This document shows, piece after piece, positions 30,227 to 39,495 of a DNA stretch of 64,000 nucleotides. The stretch is from the NCBI GenBank assembly GCA_964483405.1, contig CAZABC010000003.1:19980-83979 (forward strand), read 5' to 3'. The DNA is from an uncultured Anaerolineaceae bacterium (lineage in GTDB: Bacteria; Chloroflexota; Limnocylindria; Limnocylindrales; CSP1-4). How positions within the stretch are numbered: position 1 is the stretch's first letter; each line of letters starts with the position of its first letter. The notes below the pieces were generated by a model. That model was not told the DNA's origin, did no database searches, and was given only the letters and a program-made list of their open reading frames with translations. The position numbers and the translations under genes are program-made.

Positions 30227-31297
30227 ATGACGGCTGGCGCGGCCGCCGGGGCGACCGGCGGGAAGGGGCACCGGAGCCGGCGCTGGCTCGTCCCGTGGCT
30301 GCTCATGGCCCCGGGCCTGCTCTGGCTCATCCTCTTCTTCATCGTCCCGAACATCCAGATGTTCGTGACCTCGCTCTCGACGGGCTCGGTCGTCCAGGGG
30401 TATGAGTTCACCTTCGCGATCGAGAACTATGTCGAGGCGATCACGAAGTTCCCGGACAACATCCGGAACTCGCTGGTCTTCGGCGGCCTCGCCACCACCC
30501 TCTGCTTCCTCATCGGCTACCCGCTCGCGTACGGGATCGCCGTCCGCGGCGGACCGTACAAGAGCCTGCTGCTCTTCCTCGTCATCGCCCCGTTCTTCAC
30601 GAGCTTCCTCATCCGGACGATCTCGTGGAAGATCATCCTCGGCGATCAGGGCGTTTTCCTGTCGATGCTCCGGGCCGTGCCCGGGATCCCCGACAACGTC
30701 TCGATCCTCGGCACGCCGCTCGCGGTCGTGGCCGGCCTGACCTACGAGTTCCTGCCCTTCTTCGTGCTGCCGGCGTACGTGTCGATCGAGAAGATCGACG
30801 GCCGGCTGGTCGAGGCCGCGCGCGACCTGTACGCCGGGCCGTGGCGACCCGGCGGCCTGCGGGTCGGCGCGGCGGTCGGCGGCATCCTGGCGGCCGCGAT
30901 GTGGATCGGCTTCGGCTACGCCTCGCTCGATGGCGGCGGCGCGCTCGTCTTCGCCGGCGTGGCGGTCGCCGGGGCGGTCATCGGGGCGCTCGTCTGCGGC
31001 TACCTGCTGTCCGAGGCGTTCATCAGGATCACCTTCCCGCTCAGCCTGCCGGGGGTCTTCGCCGGGGGCATCCTCGTCTTCATCCCGATCGTCGGCGACT
31101 ACGTGAACGCCGAGCTGCTCGGCAACCCGAAGACGCAGATGATCGGCAACGTCATCCAGAACCGGTTCCTGGCCGTCAACGACTACCCGCTCGCCGCGGC
31201 GCTGTCGTTCCTGCTGATGGCCGGCATCCTGCTCTCGATCTTCATCTACGCCAGGGCCCTCGGGACCGAGGAGCTGACGGGGGGTCGCGCCGGATGA
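30227..31297 (+). CDS. potB: Polyamine ABC transporter permease PotB
   Basis: Six TM helices and a BPD-transport EAA-like loop; stop overlaps the potC start (ATGA). Confidence 0.85.
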   Translation: MTAGAAAGATGGKGHRSRRWLVPWLLMAPGLLWLILFFIVPNIQMFVTSLSTGSVVQGYEFTFAIENYVEAITKFPDNIRNSLVFGGLATTLCFLIGYPLAYGIAVRGGPYKSLLLFLVIAPFFTSFLIRTISWKIILGDQGVFLSMLRAVPGIPDNVSILGTPLAVVAGLTYEFLPFFVLPAYVSIEKIDGRLVEAARDLYAGPWRPGGLRVGAAVGGILAAAMWIGFGYASLDGGGALVFAGVAVAGAVIGALVCGYLLSEAFIRITFPLSLPGVFAGGILVFIPIVGDYVNAELLGNPKTQMIGNVIQNRFLAVNDYPLAAALSFLLMAGILLSIFIYARALGTEELTGGRAG

Positions 31298-32178
31298 GCG
31301 CCACGACCGGGACCGCCGGGCGCCCGGGTGGCGGGAGCGCGCGCGCCTGGAAGGCGATCGACCGGTATGTCGTGCCCGCCTTCACGATCGCCGCGATCGG
31401 CTATCTGCTCCTGCCGATCGCCGTGATGGTCATCTTCTCGTTCAACGATCCGCCCGGGCGGTTCAACTTCGTGTGGGGCGAGTTCAGCATCGACGCCTGG
31501 CTCAACCCGCTCGGCCGGCCGGGGCTCGCCCAGGCGCTCCTCAACAGCATCCTGATCGCGTTCCTCTCGACGATCGTCGCGACGACCCTCGGGACGCTGA
31601 TCGCGCTCGCCCTGACCCGCTACGAGTTCCGGGGCAAGGGCGGGACGAACACGTTCCTGTTCATCCCGATGGCGACGCCCGAGATCGTCCTCGGGGCGAG
31701 CCTCCTCACGCTCTTCGTCGCGACGGCCCAGGAGCCGCTCAAGACCCTGACCGGCGGCACGCTCTTCCCGCTCGGCCTCCAGACGATCCTCATCGCCCAC
31801 ATCATGTTCAACATCTCGTTCGTGGTCGTGACCCTGCGGGCCCGGATGCAGGGCTTCCCGCGCCACCTCGAGGAGGCCGCCATGGATCTCGGGGCGAACG
31901 AGTGGGTGACGTTCTGGAAGGTGACCTTCCCGCTCATCCTGCCGGGCATCCTCGCCGCGGCGCTGCTCGCCTTCAGCCTATCGATCGACGACTTCATCAT
32001 CACCCAGTTCACGGCCGGGACCCAGAACACCTTCCCCCTCTGGGTCTGGGCGAGCATCCGCAACAACCTGCCGCCGCAGGTCCACGTCATCGGGACGATG
32101 ATCTTCGGGATCACCGTGGGCCTCGTCATCGTCTCGACCCTCTTCCAGCGCCGCCAGGCCCGCCGCGAGGCGGCCTGA
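31294..32178 (+). CDS. potC: Polyamine ABC transporter permease PotC
   Basis: MSATTGTAGR... with six TM helices and BPD_transp_1 features. Internal Met of a 517-aa junk ORF. Confidence 0.85.
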   Translation: MSATTGTAGRPGGGSARAWKAIDRYVVPAFTIAAIGYLLLPIAVMVIFSFNDPPGRFNFVWGEFSIDAWLNPLGRPGLAQALLNSILIAFLSTIVATTLGTLIALALTRYEFRGKGGTNTFLFIPMATPEIVLGASLLTLFVATAQEPLKTLTGGTLFPLGLQTILIAHIMFNISFVVVTLRARMQGFPRHLEEAAMDLGANEWVTFWKVTFPLILPGILAAALLAFSLSIDDFIITQFTAGTQNTFPLWVWASIRNNLPPQVHVIGTMIFGITVGLVIVSTLFQRRQARREAA

Positions 32179-32251
32179 CGGAGCGCAGCCGCCGCAGCCG
32201 GACGGCCGCCGAAGCGGGGCCGGCCGGGCCCGGCACAGGAGCCAGATCGCC

Positions 32252-33565
32252 ATGACCCTGCTCGATGACCGCGCCCCGACCCTGCCCGACCGCTCCGTCG
32301 TCCCGGCCGTCTGGGGCCGGATCACGAACCTCACCGTCGACCACGGCGAGGGCAGCTGGCTCGTGACGACGGACGGCGAGCGCTACCTCGACTACAGCTC
32401 GGGCATCGGGGTCACGAACACCGGCCACGCCCACCCGCGCGTCGTCGCGGCGGTCCAGGCCCAGGCGGCGAAGCTCCTCCACGGCCAGCAGAACATCGTC
32501 TTCCATGAGCCGGGCCTGCGGCTGTACGACCGGCTCCGGACGCTCCTGCCCGGTGGGCCGTGGCAGGCGTTCCTCTCGAACAGCGGGGCCGAGGCGGTCG
32601 AAGCATCGGTCAAGCTCGCCCGGATCGCCACCGGCCGGCCGGTCATCATCCCGTTCCGCTACGGCTTCCACGGTCGGACCGCCCAGACGATGGCGCTGAC
32701 CGCCGCCAAGGACGTCTACCGGGCGGCCTTCGAGCCGCTACCCGGGTCCGTGTACCACGCGGCCTACCCGTACTGCTACCGCGCCCCGGGCGGGCCGCAC
32801 GAGCCGGCCGCCTGCAGCTGCGACTGGGAGGCCCAGCTCGACCTGCTCTTCCACCAGCTGATCTACCCGGAGCGGGTCGCCGCGATCATCGTCGAGCCGG
32901 TCATCGGCGAGGGCGGCTACATCGTCCCGCCGCCGACCTTCCTGCCGCGTCTCCGCGAGATCACCCGCCAGCACGGCATCCTCCTCATCGCCGACGAGGT
33001 CCAGTCCGGCTTCGGGCGGACCGGCGAGCTGTTCGCGGTGCGGCACTGGGACGTCGAGCCCGACATCGTCGTCATGGCCAAGGGAATCGCGTCGGGGCTC
33101 CCGCTATCGGGGATCATCGCCCGCGACGGCGTCATGGCCGCGTGGAAGCCCGGGACCCACGGCGGGACGTACGGCGGGAACGTCGTCAGCTGCGCCGCGG
33201 CGAACGCCACCCTCGACGTCATCGAGGAGGAGGGCCTCGTCGCCAACGCCCGGGAGCGCGGGAGGCAGTTCCTCGCCGGGCTCCGGGCCCTCCAGGCGAA
33301 GTACCGCGCGATCGGCGACGCCCGGGGCCTCGGCCTGATGGTGGCGATCGAGCTGGTGAAGCCCGACGAGGCCGACGGGCGCGTCCCCGACCCGGACCTG
33401 ACCAGGCGCGTCCTCGCCGAGGCGCTCGAGCGCCGGCTGATCGTCCTGTCCGCCGGCAGCTACGCGAACGTCGTCCGGATCATCCCGCCGCTGGTGACGA
33501 CCGCGGCCGAGGTCGATCTCGCCCTGTCGGTCCTCGACGAGAGCCTCGCGGCCGCCGGCGCGTAA
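32252..33565 (+). CDS. Class-III PLP-dependent aminotransferase (GABA/putrescine/ω-aminotransferase family)
   Basis: GHAHPRVVAAV, DEVQSGFGRTG and the Lys in MAKGIASG; 437 aa. Confidence 0.85.
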   Translation: MTLLDDRAPTLPDRSVVPAVWGRITNLTVDHGEGSWLVTTDGERYLDYSSGIGVTNTGHAHPRVVAAVQAQAAKLLHGQQNIVFHEPGLRLYDRLRTLLPGGPWQAFLSNSGAEAVEASVKLARIATGRPVIIPFRYGFHGRTAQTMALTAAKDVYRAAFEPLPGSVYHAAYPYCYRAPGGPHEPAACSCDWEAQLDLLFHQLIYPERVAAIIVEPVIGEGGYIVPPPTFLPRLREITRQHGILLIADEVQSGFGRTGELFAVRHWDVEPDIVVMAKGIASGLPLSGIIARDGVMAAWKPGTHGGTYGGNVVSCAAANATLDVIEEEGLVANARERGRQFLAGLRALQAKYRAIGDARGLGLMVAIELVKPDEADGRVPDPDLTRRVLAEALERRLIVLSAGSYANVVRIIPPLVTTAAEVDLALSVLDESLAAAGA

Positions 33566-33919
33566 CGAGTCGGCCGGATCGACCGGGTCGTCGGGACCTC
33601 GTCCTGCGACCCGACGTCCGCCGGGCTCGCCTGGCGCCAAGAGCCGCTCCGCGTCGACGACCGGGTCGCCCTCGCCGCGACGCTCGAGGATGCGGCGGTG
33701 GCGGCCGTCGTCGCCGACCTCGTCGACCCGGCCACCGTCGATGGGCTCCTCGGACCCTGTGCGGGCCTGCTCGACGATCCGCGGGGCCCGACCACGGTCG
33801 ACGGCGGCGGGCCGACGTGAGCCGGCTCGACCTCGCCTGGCCCGAGCCGACGCCCACGGGGCACCCGTCGCGCCGCCGCGACCGCGATCAGCCGTTCCGC
33901 AGCGTCGAGACCGCGCCGG

Positions 33920-34753
33920 TCAGCCGCCGCCGACGATGCGCAGGATCTCCTCGTGGAGCCGTCCGTTCGTCCCGACGAACGACGGCGCGTCGATCCGCCG
34001 GGCGCCGGTGACGTCGGTCACCCGGCCGCCGGCCTCCTCGATGAGGACCTGCGGGGCGGCGAGGTCCCAGGCGTTCATCCCGGTCTCGAGCATGCACTCG
34101 GCGGCGCCCTCGGCGACGAGGGCGTAGCCCCAGAAGTCGCCGAAGCCGCGCTCGCGCCAGGCGCTCCCGACGAGCGCGTCGAAGCCGGGCATGAGCCCGC
34201 TCCGCCGGCTATCGGTCGCCGACCCGTAGAGGACCTGGGCGTCGCCGAGGGAGCCGACCTCGGAGACGCGGATCCGCCGCTCGCCGTCGAGGCCGCGGGC
34301 CCACGCGCCGGCACCTCGCCGGGCGAACCACCGCTCGCGCATCGCCGGCGCCGAGAGCACCCCGGCCTGGATCTCCCCGTCGCGCTCGACGGCGAGGAGC
34401 GTCCCGAACAGCGGCACGCCCCGGACGTAGTTGTGGGTCCCATCGATCGGGTCGATGTACCAGCGAACGGCCGCGTCACCCTGCTCGACGCCGTACTCCT
34501 CGCCGACGAGCCCGTGACCGGGGAACCGGTCGACGATCCGCTCGCGGATGACCCGCTCGATCGCCTGGTCGGCCTGGGTCACCAGCGTCCGGTCGGGCTT
34601 CGCGGTGATGACCAGATCGCGGCGGAACGAGGCGAGGGCGATCCGGTCCGCCTCGTCGCAGCAGGCGTGGGCCAGGGCCAGCCAGGCGCCGAGCTCCGCC
34701 TCGTCGCCGCGCCGGAGCGACGCGCTCCACTCGGGACCGAAGTCGACCGCCAT
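33920..34753 (-). CDS. Inositol-monophosphatase-family phosphatase (SuhB/HisN-like)
   Basis: WYIDPIDGTHNYVRG and EEAGG motifs. Confidence 0.8.
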   Translation of the reverse strand: MAVDFGPEWSASLRRGDEAELGAWLALAHACCDEADRIALASFRRDLVITAKPDRTLVTQADQAIERVIRERIVDRFPGHGLVGEEYGVEQGDAAVRWYIDPIDGTHNYVRGVPLFGTLLAVERDGEIQAGVLSAPAMRERWFARRGAGAWARGLDGERRIRVSEVGSLGDAQVLYGSATDSRRSGLMPGFDALVGSAWRERGFGDFWGYALVAEGAAECMLETGMNAWDLAAPQVLIEEAGGRVTDVTGARRIDAPSFVGTNGRLHEEILRIVGGG

Positions 34754-34787
34754 GGGCGCACAGTACCCGGTCGGCCGGACCCGCCGC

Positions 34788-35879
34788 TCAGGGGTCGAGG
34801 CGGTAGAAGCGGAACGTCTCGTGCTCGATCGGCAGGACCGAGACGGACCGGAAGCCCGCCTCGAGCGCGTACGCGCGCATCGTCTCGGGTCGCATCACGG
34901 CGCCGGTCCCGACCGAGGGCCGATCGGCGAGGCTGTTGACGAGACAGAAGACGAGGCTGTAGCCGTAGTTGAGCCGTTCGACATCGTCGCCGGGAGCCGT
35001 GAACGCTTCGGCGACCTTCTCGTCGACGACGATCGCCGTCCCGCCCGGGGCGAGGAGGTTCCGCGCCGCCCGCAGCACCTCGACCGGCCGCGACAGGTCG
35101 TGGACGGCCTCGAAGATCGTCACCACGTCGTAGCTCCCGTCGAGGTCGTGCTGGCCGGCGTCGACGAGGTGGAAGGCGACCCGCGACAGGCCGAGTCCCT
35201 CGGCCGCCGCGTTGCGCTGGGCGCGGTCGATCGACTCGGGGTCGACGTCGAGCCCGTCGATGTGGACGGCCGGGTAGGCGTGGGCCATCGCGATCGCCGA
35301 CCAGCCGGCGCCGCAGGCGACGTCGGCCACGCGGGCGCCGGTCCGCAGCCGGGCGTGGACGTCGGGGATGGCCGGCAGCCACTCCTGGGTCAGCTGGTGC
35401 CGGAAGACCGGCCGGTTGGCGAGCTCCTGGGCCTCGACGAGCCCCGGGTAGTCGGCCCAGCCGACGCCCTCGCCCCGCTGGTACGCCTCGACGATCGCCG
35501 GCAGCATCCGCGCGCCGCTGACGACGTACCGCGGCAGCGGCGCACCGGCGGCCGGGCTATCGGGGTCGAGGAGGACCTCCGCGTGAGCGGACGGGAGGGC
35601 GAACCGGCGGTCGTCCGGCGCCGCGGCCGGGTCGTCGACGTCGAGGATGCCGGTGACCGCCTGCTGCTCGAGCCACTCGCGGGCGTAGCGGCCGTCGATG
35701 CCGGCTCGGCCCGCGAGCTCGTGCGGCGTCGCCGGGCCACCGTCGGCGAGCGCCCGGTACAGCCCGAGGTCGAGCCCGAGGTGGATCGCCAGCAGGTCGA
35801 AGGCGCCGAGCGTCGCCTCGAACAGACGGGCGGCGAACGCGTCGCGCGCGGCGACGTCGGGCGGGGGCGCGGAGGACAT
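34788..35879 (-). CDS. Class-I SAM-dependent methyltransferase with N-terminal winged-helix domain
   Basis: DVACGAGW motif I; N-terminal HTH-like dimerisation region. Confidence 0.75.
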   Translation of the reverse strand: MSSAPPPDVAARDAFAARLFEATLGAFDLLAIHLGLDLGLYRALADGGPATPHELAGRAGIDGRYAREWLEQQAVTGILDVDDPAAAPDDRRFALPSAHAEVLLDPDSPAAGAPLPRYVVSGARMLPAIVEAYQRGEGVGWADYPGLVEAQELANRPVFRHQLTQEWLPAIPDVHARLRTGARVADVACGAGWSAIAMAHAYPAVHIDGLDVDPESIDRAQRNAAAEGLGLSRVAFHLVDAGQHDLDGSYDVVTIFEAVHDLSRPVEVLRAARNLLAPGGTAIVVDEKVAEAFTAPGDDVERLNYGYSLVFCLVNSLADRPSVGTGAVMRPETMRAYALEAGFRSVSVLPIEHETFRFYRLDP

Positions 35880-36023
35880 CGGGACGCACCTCCAGGGTCG
35901 GCGCGCCGGGGCCGGCGTCGCGCTCCGTATCCTGCCACCGTCGCCGGGCGAGGTCGAGTCCCGCGCGCGCTCCCGGACGACCCGACCGGCAGGGCCGACC
36001 GCGCCGGCCAGGCGCCCGGCGCG

Positions 36024-37451
36024 TCAGGCGGTCGCGACCGCCCCGCGGAGCCCGTCGGGCAGCGGGCGATGGACCTCGACCGGCGCGACGTGCCGGTCGA
36101 CGAGGCCGCGACCGCCGACGACCCCGAGCTGGTCGTACAGGAACGCGATCTTGTCACCCTGCGAGGCGAGGATCTCGTCCTTCGTCGCCAGATCCCACAG
36201 CTGCCGCTTGAACGGACCGATCGCCTTCTTGCGCGAGGTGTACACGAACTGGGCGTCGGTCTGGCCGTCCTTGCGCTCGTCGAGCGCGTTGGCGAAGCAC
36301 CAGTCGCGGATCGCGTCCTGGAGCTCGGCCGGGAAGGCCGGGTGCTCGTAGAGGGCGTTCTGGAAACCGGTCGCGAGGTGGATCTCGGCCGTCTCGACCT
36401 CCCGGAAGCGGTGGAAGAGCTCGTCGGGCAGGGTCGATGCGCCGTGCTGGACCGTGCCGGCGAGCCCGTACTCCGACCGGGCGATCGCGCCGAGCCGCTC
36501 GTGGACGCCGAAGTCGACCGCGACCGCCGCGACCGATCCGTCGGGGAGGACGACCCCGCCGTGGCTCGTGCCGGTCTGGACGCTGACCTTGCTGACGCCG
36601 ACGGCGCCGGGCGCGAGGACCTCGAGCTCGCGTCGGTAGCCATCGAGATACGCCCGCAGCTCGGCCTCGTTCGAGTTCTCCTTGCCGACCTCGCCGATCT
36701 CGCCACCGACGCTGATCGACACGCCGTCGGCCTCGAGCGAGCGGATGAGGGCCGTCATCTCGGCCGACAGTCGATAGTTGACCGCCTGCTCGGCGTCGAC
36801 GGTCGGCTGGGAGAGGTCGACGAGCGTCGAGGCGTCGATGTCGATGTTGCGGTAGCCCGCATCGACGGCCAGTCGGCAGGCGCGCCGGATCTCCTCGGTC
36901 ATCGCCTCCGGGTCGGCGGCGTACTTCTTGGCGTTGAACTGGTAGTGGTCGCCCTGCAGGAAGACGGGGCCGCGCCAGCCGGCCGCGATGGCCCCCGCGA
37001 GGACGGCCGTGCTGTAGTCGATCGGCCGCTGCCAGGTGTAGGTCTGCTCGCTCCTCGCCAGCTCGAGGATGACGGCGCCGACGTCGTGGGCCGCGGCCCG
37101 CTCGAAGACGACCCGGGCCATGTCGAAGGTCTGGGCCCGGATGTTGATCGCCGGGACGGTGAAGCCCGAGACCTCGCCCCGACCGCGCGCGGCGTAGAGC
37201 CCCTGGATGCTGGCCGACCGGGCGCCGAGCGCCTGGCTGGCCTCCCAGACGAGCCAGCGGGCGGCCTCGATGGCACCCTCGTCCTCGGAGAAGGCGGCGG
37301 TCCAGGCGAGGTCGCGGATCGCCCCGGCGCGGAAGCGTCGCTCGTCGTCGACGACGAGGCGATCGGTCTCGAGGTGGGCGATGCCCTCGAGGTGGGCGAT
37401 GCCCTCGAGGCGGGCGAGGAGGTCGGCGGCGGAGGTGGCGACGTACGGCAT
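36024..37451 (-). CDS. Class-II (metal-dependent) ketose-bisphosphate aldolase family protein, long form
   Basis: F_bP_aldolase class-II-like core (GDHYQF, VSVQTGTSHGG). Start at Met 37451; alternative Met at 37487. Contains the duplicated EGIAHL hexapeptide. Confidence 0.65.
   Translation of the reverse strand: MPYVATSAADLLARLEGIAHLEGIAHLETDRLVVDDERRFRAGAIRDLAWTAAFSEDEGAIEAARWLVWEASQALGARSASIQGLYAARGRGEVSGFTVPAINIRAQTFDMARVVFERAAAHDVGAVILELARSEQTYTWQRPIDYSTAVLAGAIAAGWRGPVFLQGDHYQFNAKKYAADPEAMTEEIRRACRLAVDAGYRNIDIDASTLVDLSQPTVDAEQAVNYRLSAEMTALIRSLEADGVSISVGGEIGEVGKENSNEAELRAYLDGYRRELEVLAPGAVGVSKVSVQTGTSHGGVVLPDGSVAAVAVDFGVHERLGAIARSEYGLAGTVQHGASTLPDELFHRFREVETAEIHLATGFQNALYEHPAFPAELQDAIRDWCFANALDERKDGQTDAQFVYTSRKKAIGPFKRQLWDLATKDEILASQGDKIAFLYDQLGVVGGRGLVDRHVAPVEVHRPLPDGLRGAVATA
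37368..37418. repeat. 18-bp tandem duplication (ctcgaggtgggcgatgcc ×2 plus a partial third copy) near the aldolase 5' end
   Basis: Seen in the sequence; encodes EGIAHLEGIAHLE on the minus strand. Confidence 0.8.
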
Positions 37452-37631
37452 CGGGTTCGGACTCCTGTCGGTCGGGATGCCGCCCATGGTACCGCCGCGC
37501 GACCCTCGAGCCCGATGGCTCTTGCCAACACCCGTCGTCCGGGGCGACGATCCCCCCGTGCCGTGACGGCCGCCGAGCGGGCGTCCGGCCGGGCCACCGG
37601 ACGGGTCGCGTGGCGGCGAGGAGGAGACCGC

Positions 37632-37916
37632 ATGCCGCGATACGTCGTCATCCACCCTGTCGCCTTCGAGGAGGGGCAGCTCCAGCCGCTCTCACGCGAG
37701 CCGCTCCCCGACGGCGTCTGCTGGGACAGCTCACTCGTTTCGTTCGTCGACGGACGGACGTTCTGCCTGTGGCAGGCACCCGCGACGGACGCGCTGATCG
37801 ACATCTTCAAGAAGTACGCTGTCCCGTACGAGACCATCCACGTGGTCCGCCGGTTCGACCCCACGACCGGCGTCCTCGAGCCGGAGGTGCTCGAGAAGGT
37901 CATGCAGCCGGCCTGA
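37632..37916 (+). CDS. Small DUF4242-like protein
   Basis: 94-aa tail of the 1122-aa junk ORF, with a strong SD (GAGGAG) 7 nt upstream of ATG 37632. Sequence begins MPRYVVIHPVAFEEGQ.... Confidence 0.55.
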   Translation: MPRYVVIHPVAFEEGQLQPLSREPLPDGVCWDSSLVSFVDGRTFCLWQAPATDALIDIFKKYAVPYETIHVVRRFDPTTGVLEPEVLEKVMQPA

Positions 37917-38014
37917 GCCGTCCGATCCCGCGGGCGGCGTCGTGGCGACGGAGTAGCCCGGCCCGACCACTTCGTCGCCAGCCCTGCCGTCCGCGGTTCC
38001 GGCCGCTCGCCTCC

Positions 38015-38620
38015 CTAGGCCGATCGGGAGGCGAAGACCGAGCTGCCCGGCCGCCCGAGCGCGTCGATGACCGCCCGGGCGCACGCCTCGGGGTCGAGGA
38101 CCGACGTGTCCACCTCGACGTCGTATGGACCCCAGCGGTGGACGACCGCGTGCTGGGCGGCCGCCTGGCCGATCGTCCGATCGCGGCGATCGCGCTCGCG
38201 TCGCTCGACGACCTCGAGCGGGCAGCGGACGCCGACGAAGCGGACGTCGAACGGCCGCCAGCGCTCGACGCACTCGTCGAGCCAGACCGCCTCGAGCAGG
38301 ACGTGGTCGACGATGACGTCGAGGCCGTCGTCGGCCAGCGCCGCGACGGTTCGGTGCATCCCTGACACGAGCCGCTCGCCGAGCGGCCCGGTCTCGATCG
38401 TGAACGGCCCCTCGGTCCGGTCCGCGGGCCGCACGTAGCGGAAGACCTCCGACCAGAGCGGCTGGTCGAGATAGCGCTTCGGCAGGGCGAAGATGAAGCG
38501 GTCGATGCCGATCTCGAGCCACGGGTCAGGCAGCGCCGCCTGGAGCGCCCGGACGAGCGTCGTCTTGCCCGAGCTCGACGTCCCGTTGAGGAGGAGGATG
38601 CGGCCCGGCCGGTCAGGCAT
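38015..38620 (-). CDS. Chloramphenicol-phosphotransferase-like (CPT/zeta-toxin-like) P-loop kinase
   Basis: ILLLNGTSSSGKTTL Walker A and a 201-aa size typical of the CPT family. Internal Met at 38620. Confidence 0.7.
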   Translation of the reverse strand: MPDRPGRILLLNGTSSSGKTTLVRALQAALPDPWLEIGIDRFIFALPKRYLDQPLWSEVFRYVRPADRTEGPFTIETGPLGERLVSGMHRTVAALADDGLDVIVDHVLLEAVWLDECVERWRPFDVRFVGVRCPLEVVERRERDRRDRTIGQAAAQHAVVHRWGPYDVEVDTSVLDPEACARAVIDALGRPGSSVFASRSA

Positions 38621-39296
38621 CGGTCGAGGCGGCGGTCGCGAGCGCGGCCGCCCGGGCCGCCGCGTCGCGCTCGAGGTCGCCGGCGCGGATGCCGAGCCGG
38701 GCGGCGAGCTCGGGCAGCACGCCCCAGGCGAAGTGCTCCCAGCGCGAGATGCGGCCGTCCCACGTCGCGAGGACGGCCGGACCGAGGCGCTGGACGTGCC
38801 CATGGGCGTCGCGGGCGAGGGGGCGGACCCAGTGACAGGCGCCGATCCGGACGCCGGCCGGCCCACGCGGGTCATCCGACTTCGGTTCGAGGACGACGAC
38901 CAGGCCGAGCGCACCGAGCTCGTCGCGAGCGAGGCGGATCGGGCGGCGCTCGAGGGTCGCGTAGACGCCCTCGAGGTCGGTCGCGGCGATCGTCGCGAAG
39001 GGACCGAGCCCCGCCTGCGCCGCGGCGAGGTAGGTCCGGGCGGTCGTCCGGGGATCGGGATCGTCGGACGCGGCGAGATCCACACGGAGCGTCGTCGGAT
39101 CCGGTCGCGCGTCGCTGAGCCCCTGGAGGACCCCGTCGCGACCCGGGCCCGGGGGGCCGGCCACGACGACCGCGAGGCCGCCCTCGACCAGCGCCCAGAG
39201 CAGCCCGCCGAGCTCACCGTCGAGGACGCCGGCCCGGACGAGCGCCACGAGCCCACCGGGGGCGCGGACGGCTGGCTCCGGTCGTCGCTCGGTCAC
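38613..39296 (-). CDS. Hypothetical protein with a degenerate P-loop-like segment (VVVAGPPGPGRDGV)
   Basis: 227-aa ORF with balanced composition; its stop overlaps the CPT-like gene start by 8 nt. The motif resembles a Walker A box in which the Lys-Thr is replaced. Confidence 0.4.
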   Translation of the reverse strand: MTERRPEPAVRAPGGLVALVRAGVLDGELGGLLWALVEGGLAVVVAGPPGPGRDGVLQGLSDARPDPTTLRVDLAASDDPDPRTTARTYLAAAQAGLGPFATIAATDLEGVYATLERRPIRLARDELGALGLVVVLEPKSDDPRGPAGVRIGACHWVRPLARDAHGHVQRLGPAVLATWDGRISRWEHFAWGVLPELAARLGIRAGDLERDAAARAAALATAASTDA

Positions 39297-39495
39297 CGGC
39301 CGAGGCTAGCACGGAGCCGCCGCGACCGGTCGAGAGGCCGCCGGGCGACTCCCGGCCGTGGCGGCGTCGGCTCGCGATCGAAGCCCTCCGCTCGTGGGTG
39401 TCGGGGCTCGCGTCACGAGGTCGTCACGCGACGGGCCCATCCTCGTGCTCGTCGCGCCGAGACCGGCCGATCGCACCGATGGAGCCAGTCGACCC

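Noticed and set aside
33572-33819. About 80-codon plus-strand open frame in the gabT/IMPase convergent intergenic region
   Set aside because: There is no ATG and no convincing SD. The composition is Ala/Asp/Val-biased like the surrounding non-coding frames, so it was not called.
38613-39296. Calling the degenerate P-loop protein a CpaF/VirB11-type secretion ATPase
   Set aside because: Resemblance is limited to the spacing around a mutated Walker-A-like segment. There are no Walker B, Asp or His boxes and no secretion genes nearby, so it is left as hypothetical.
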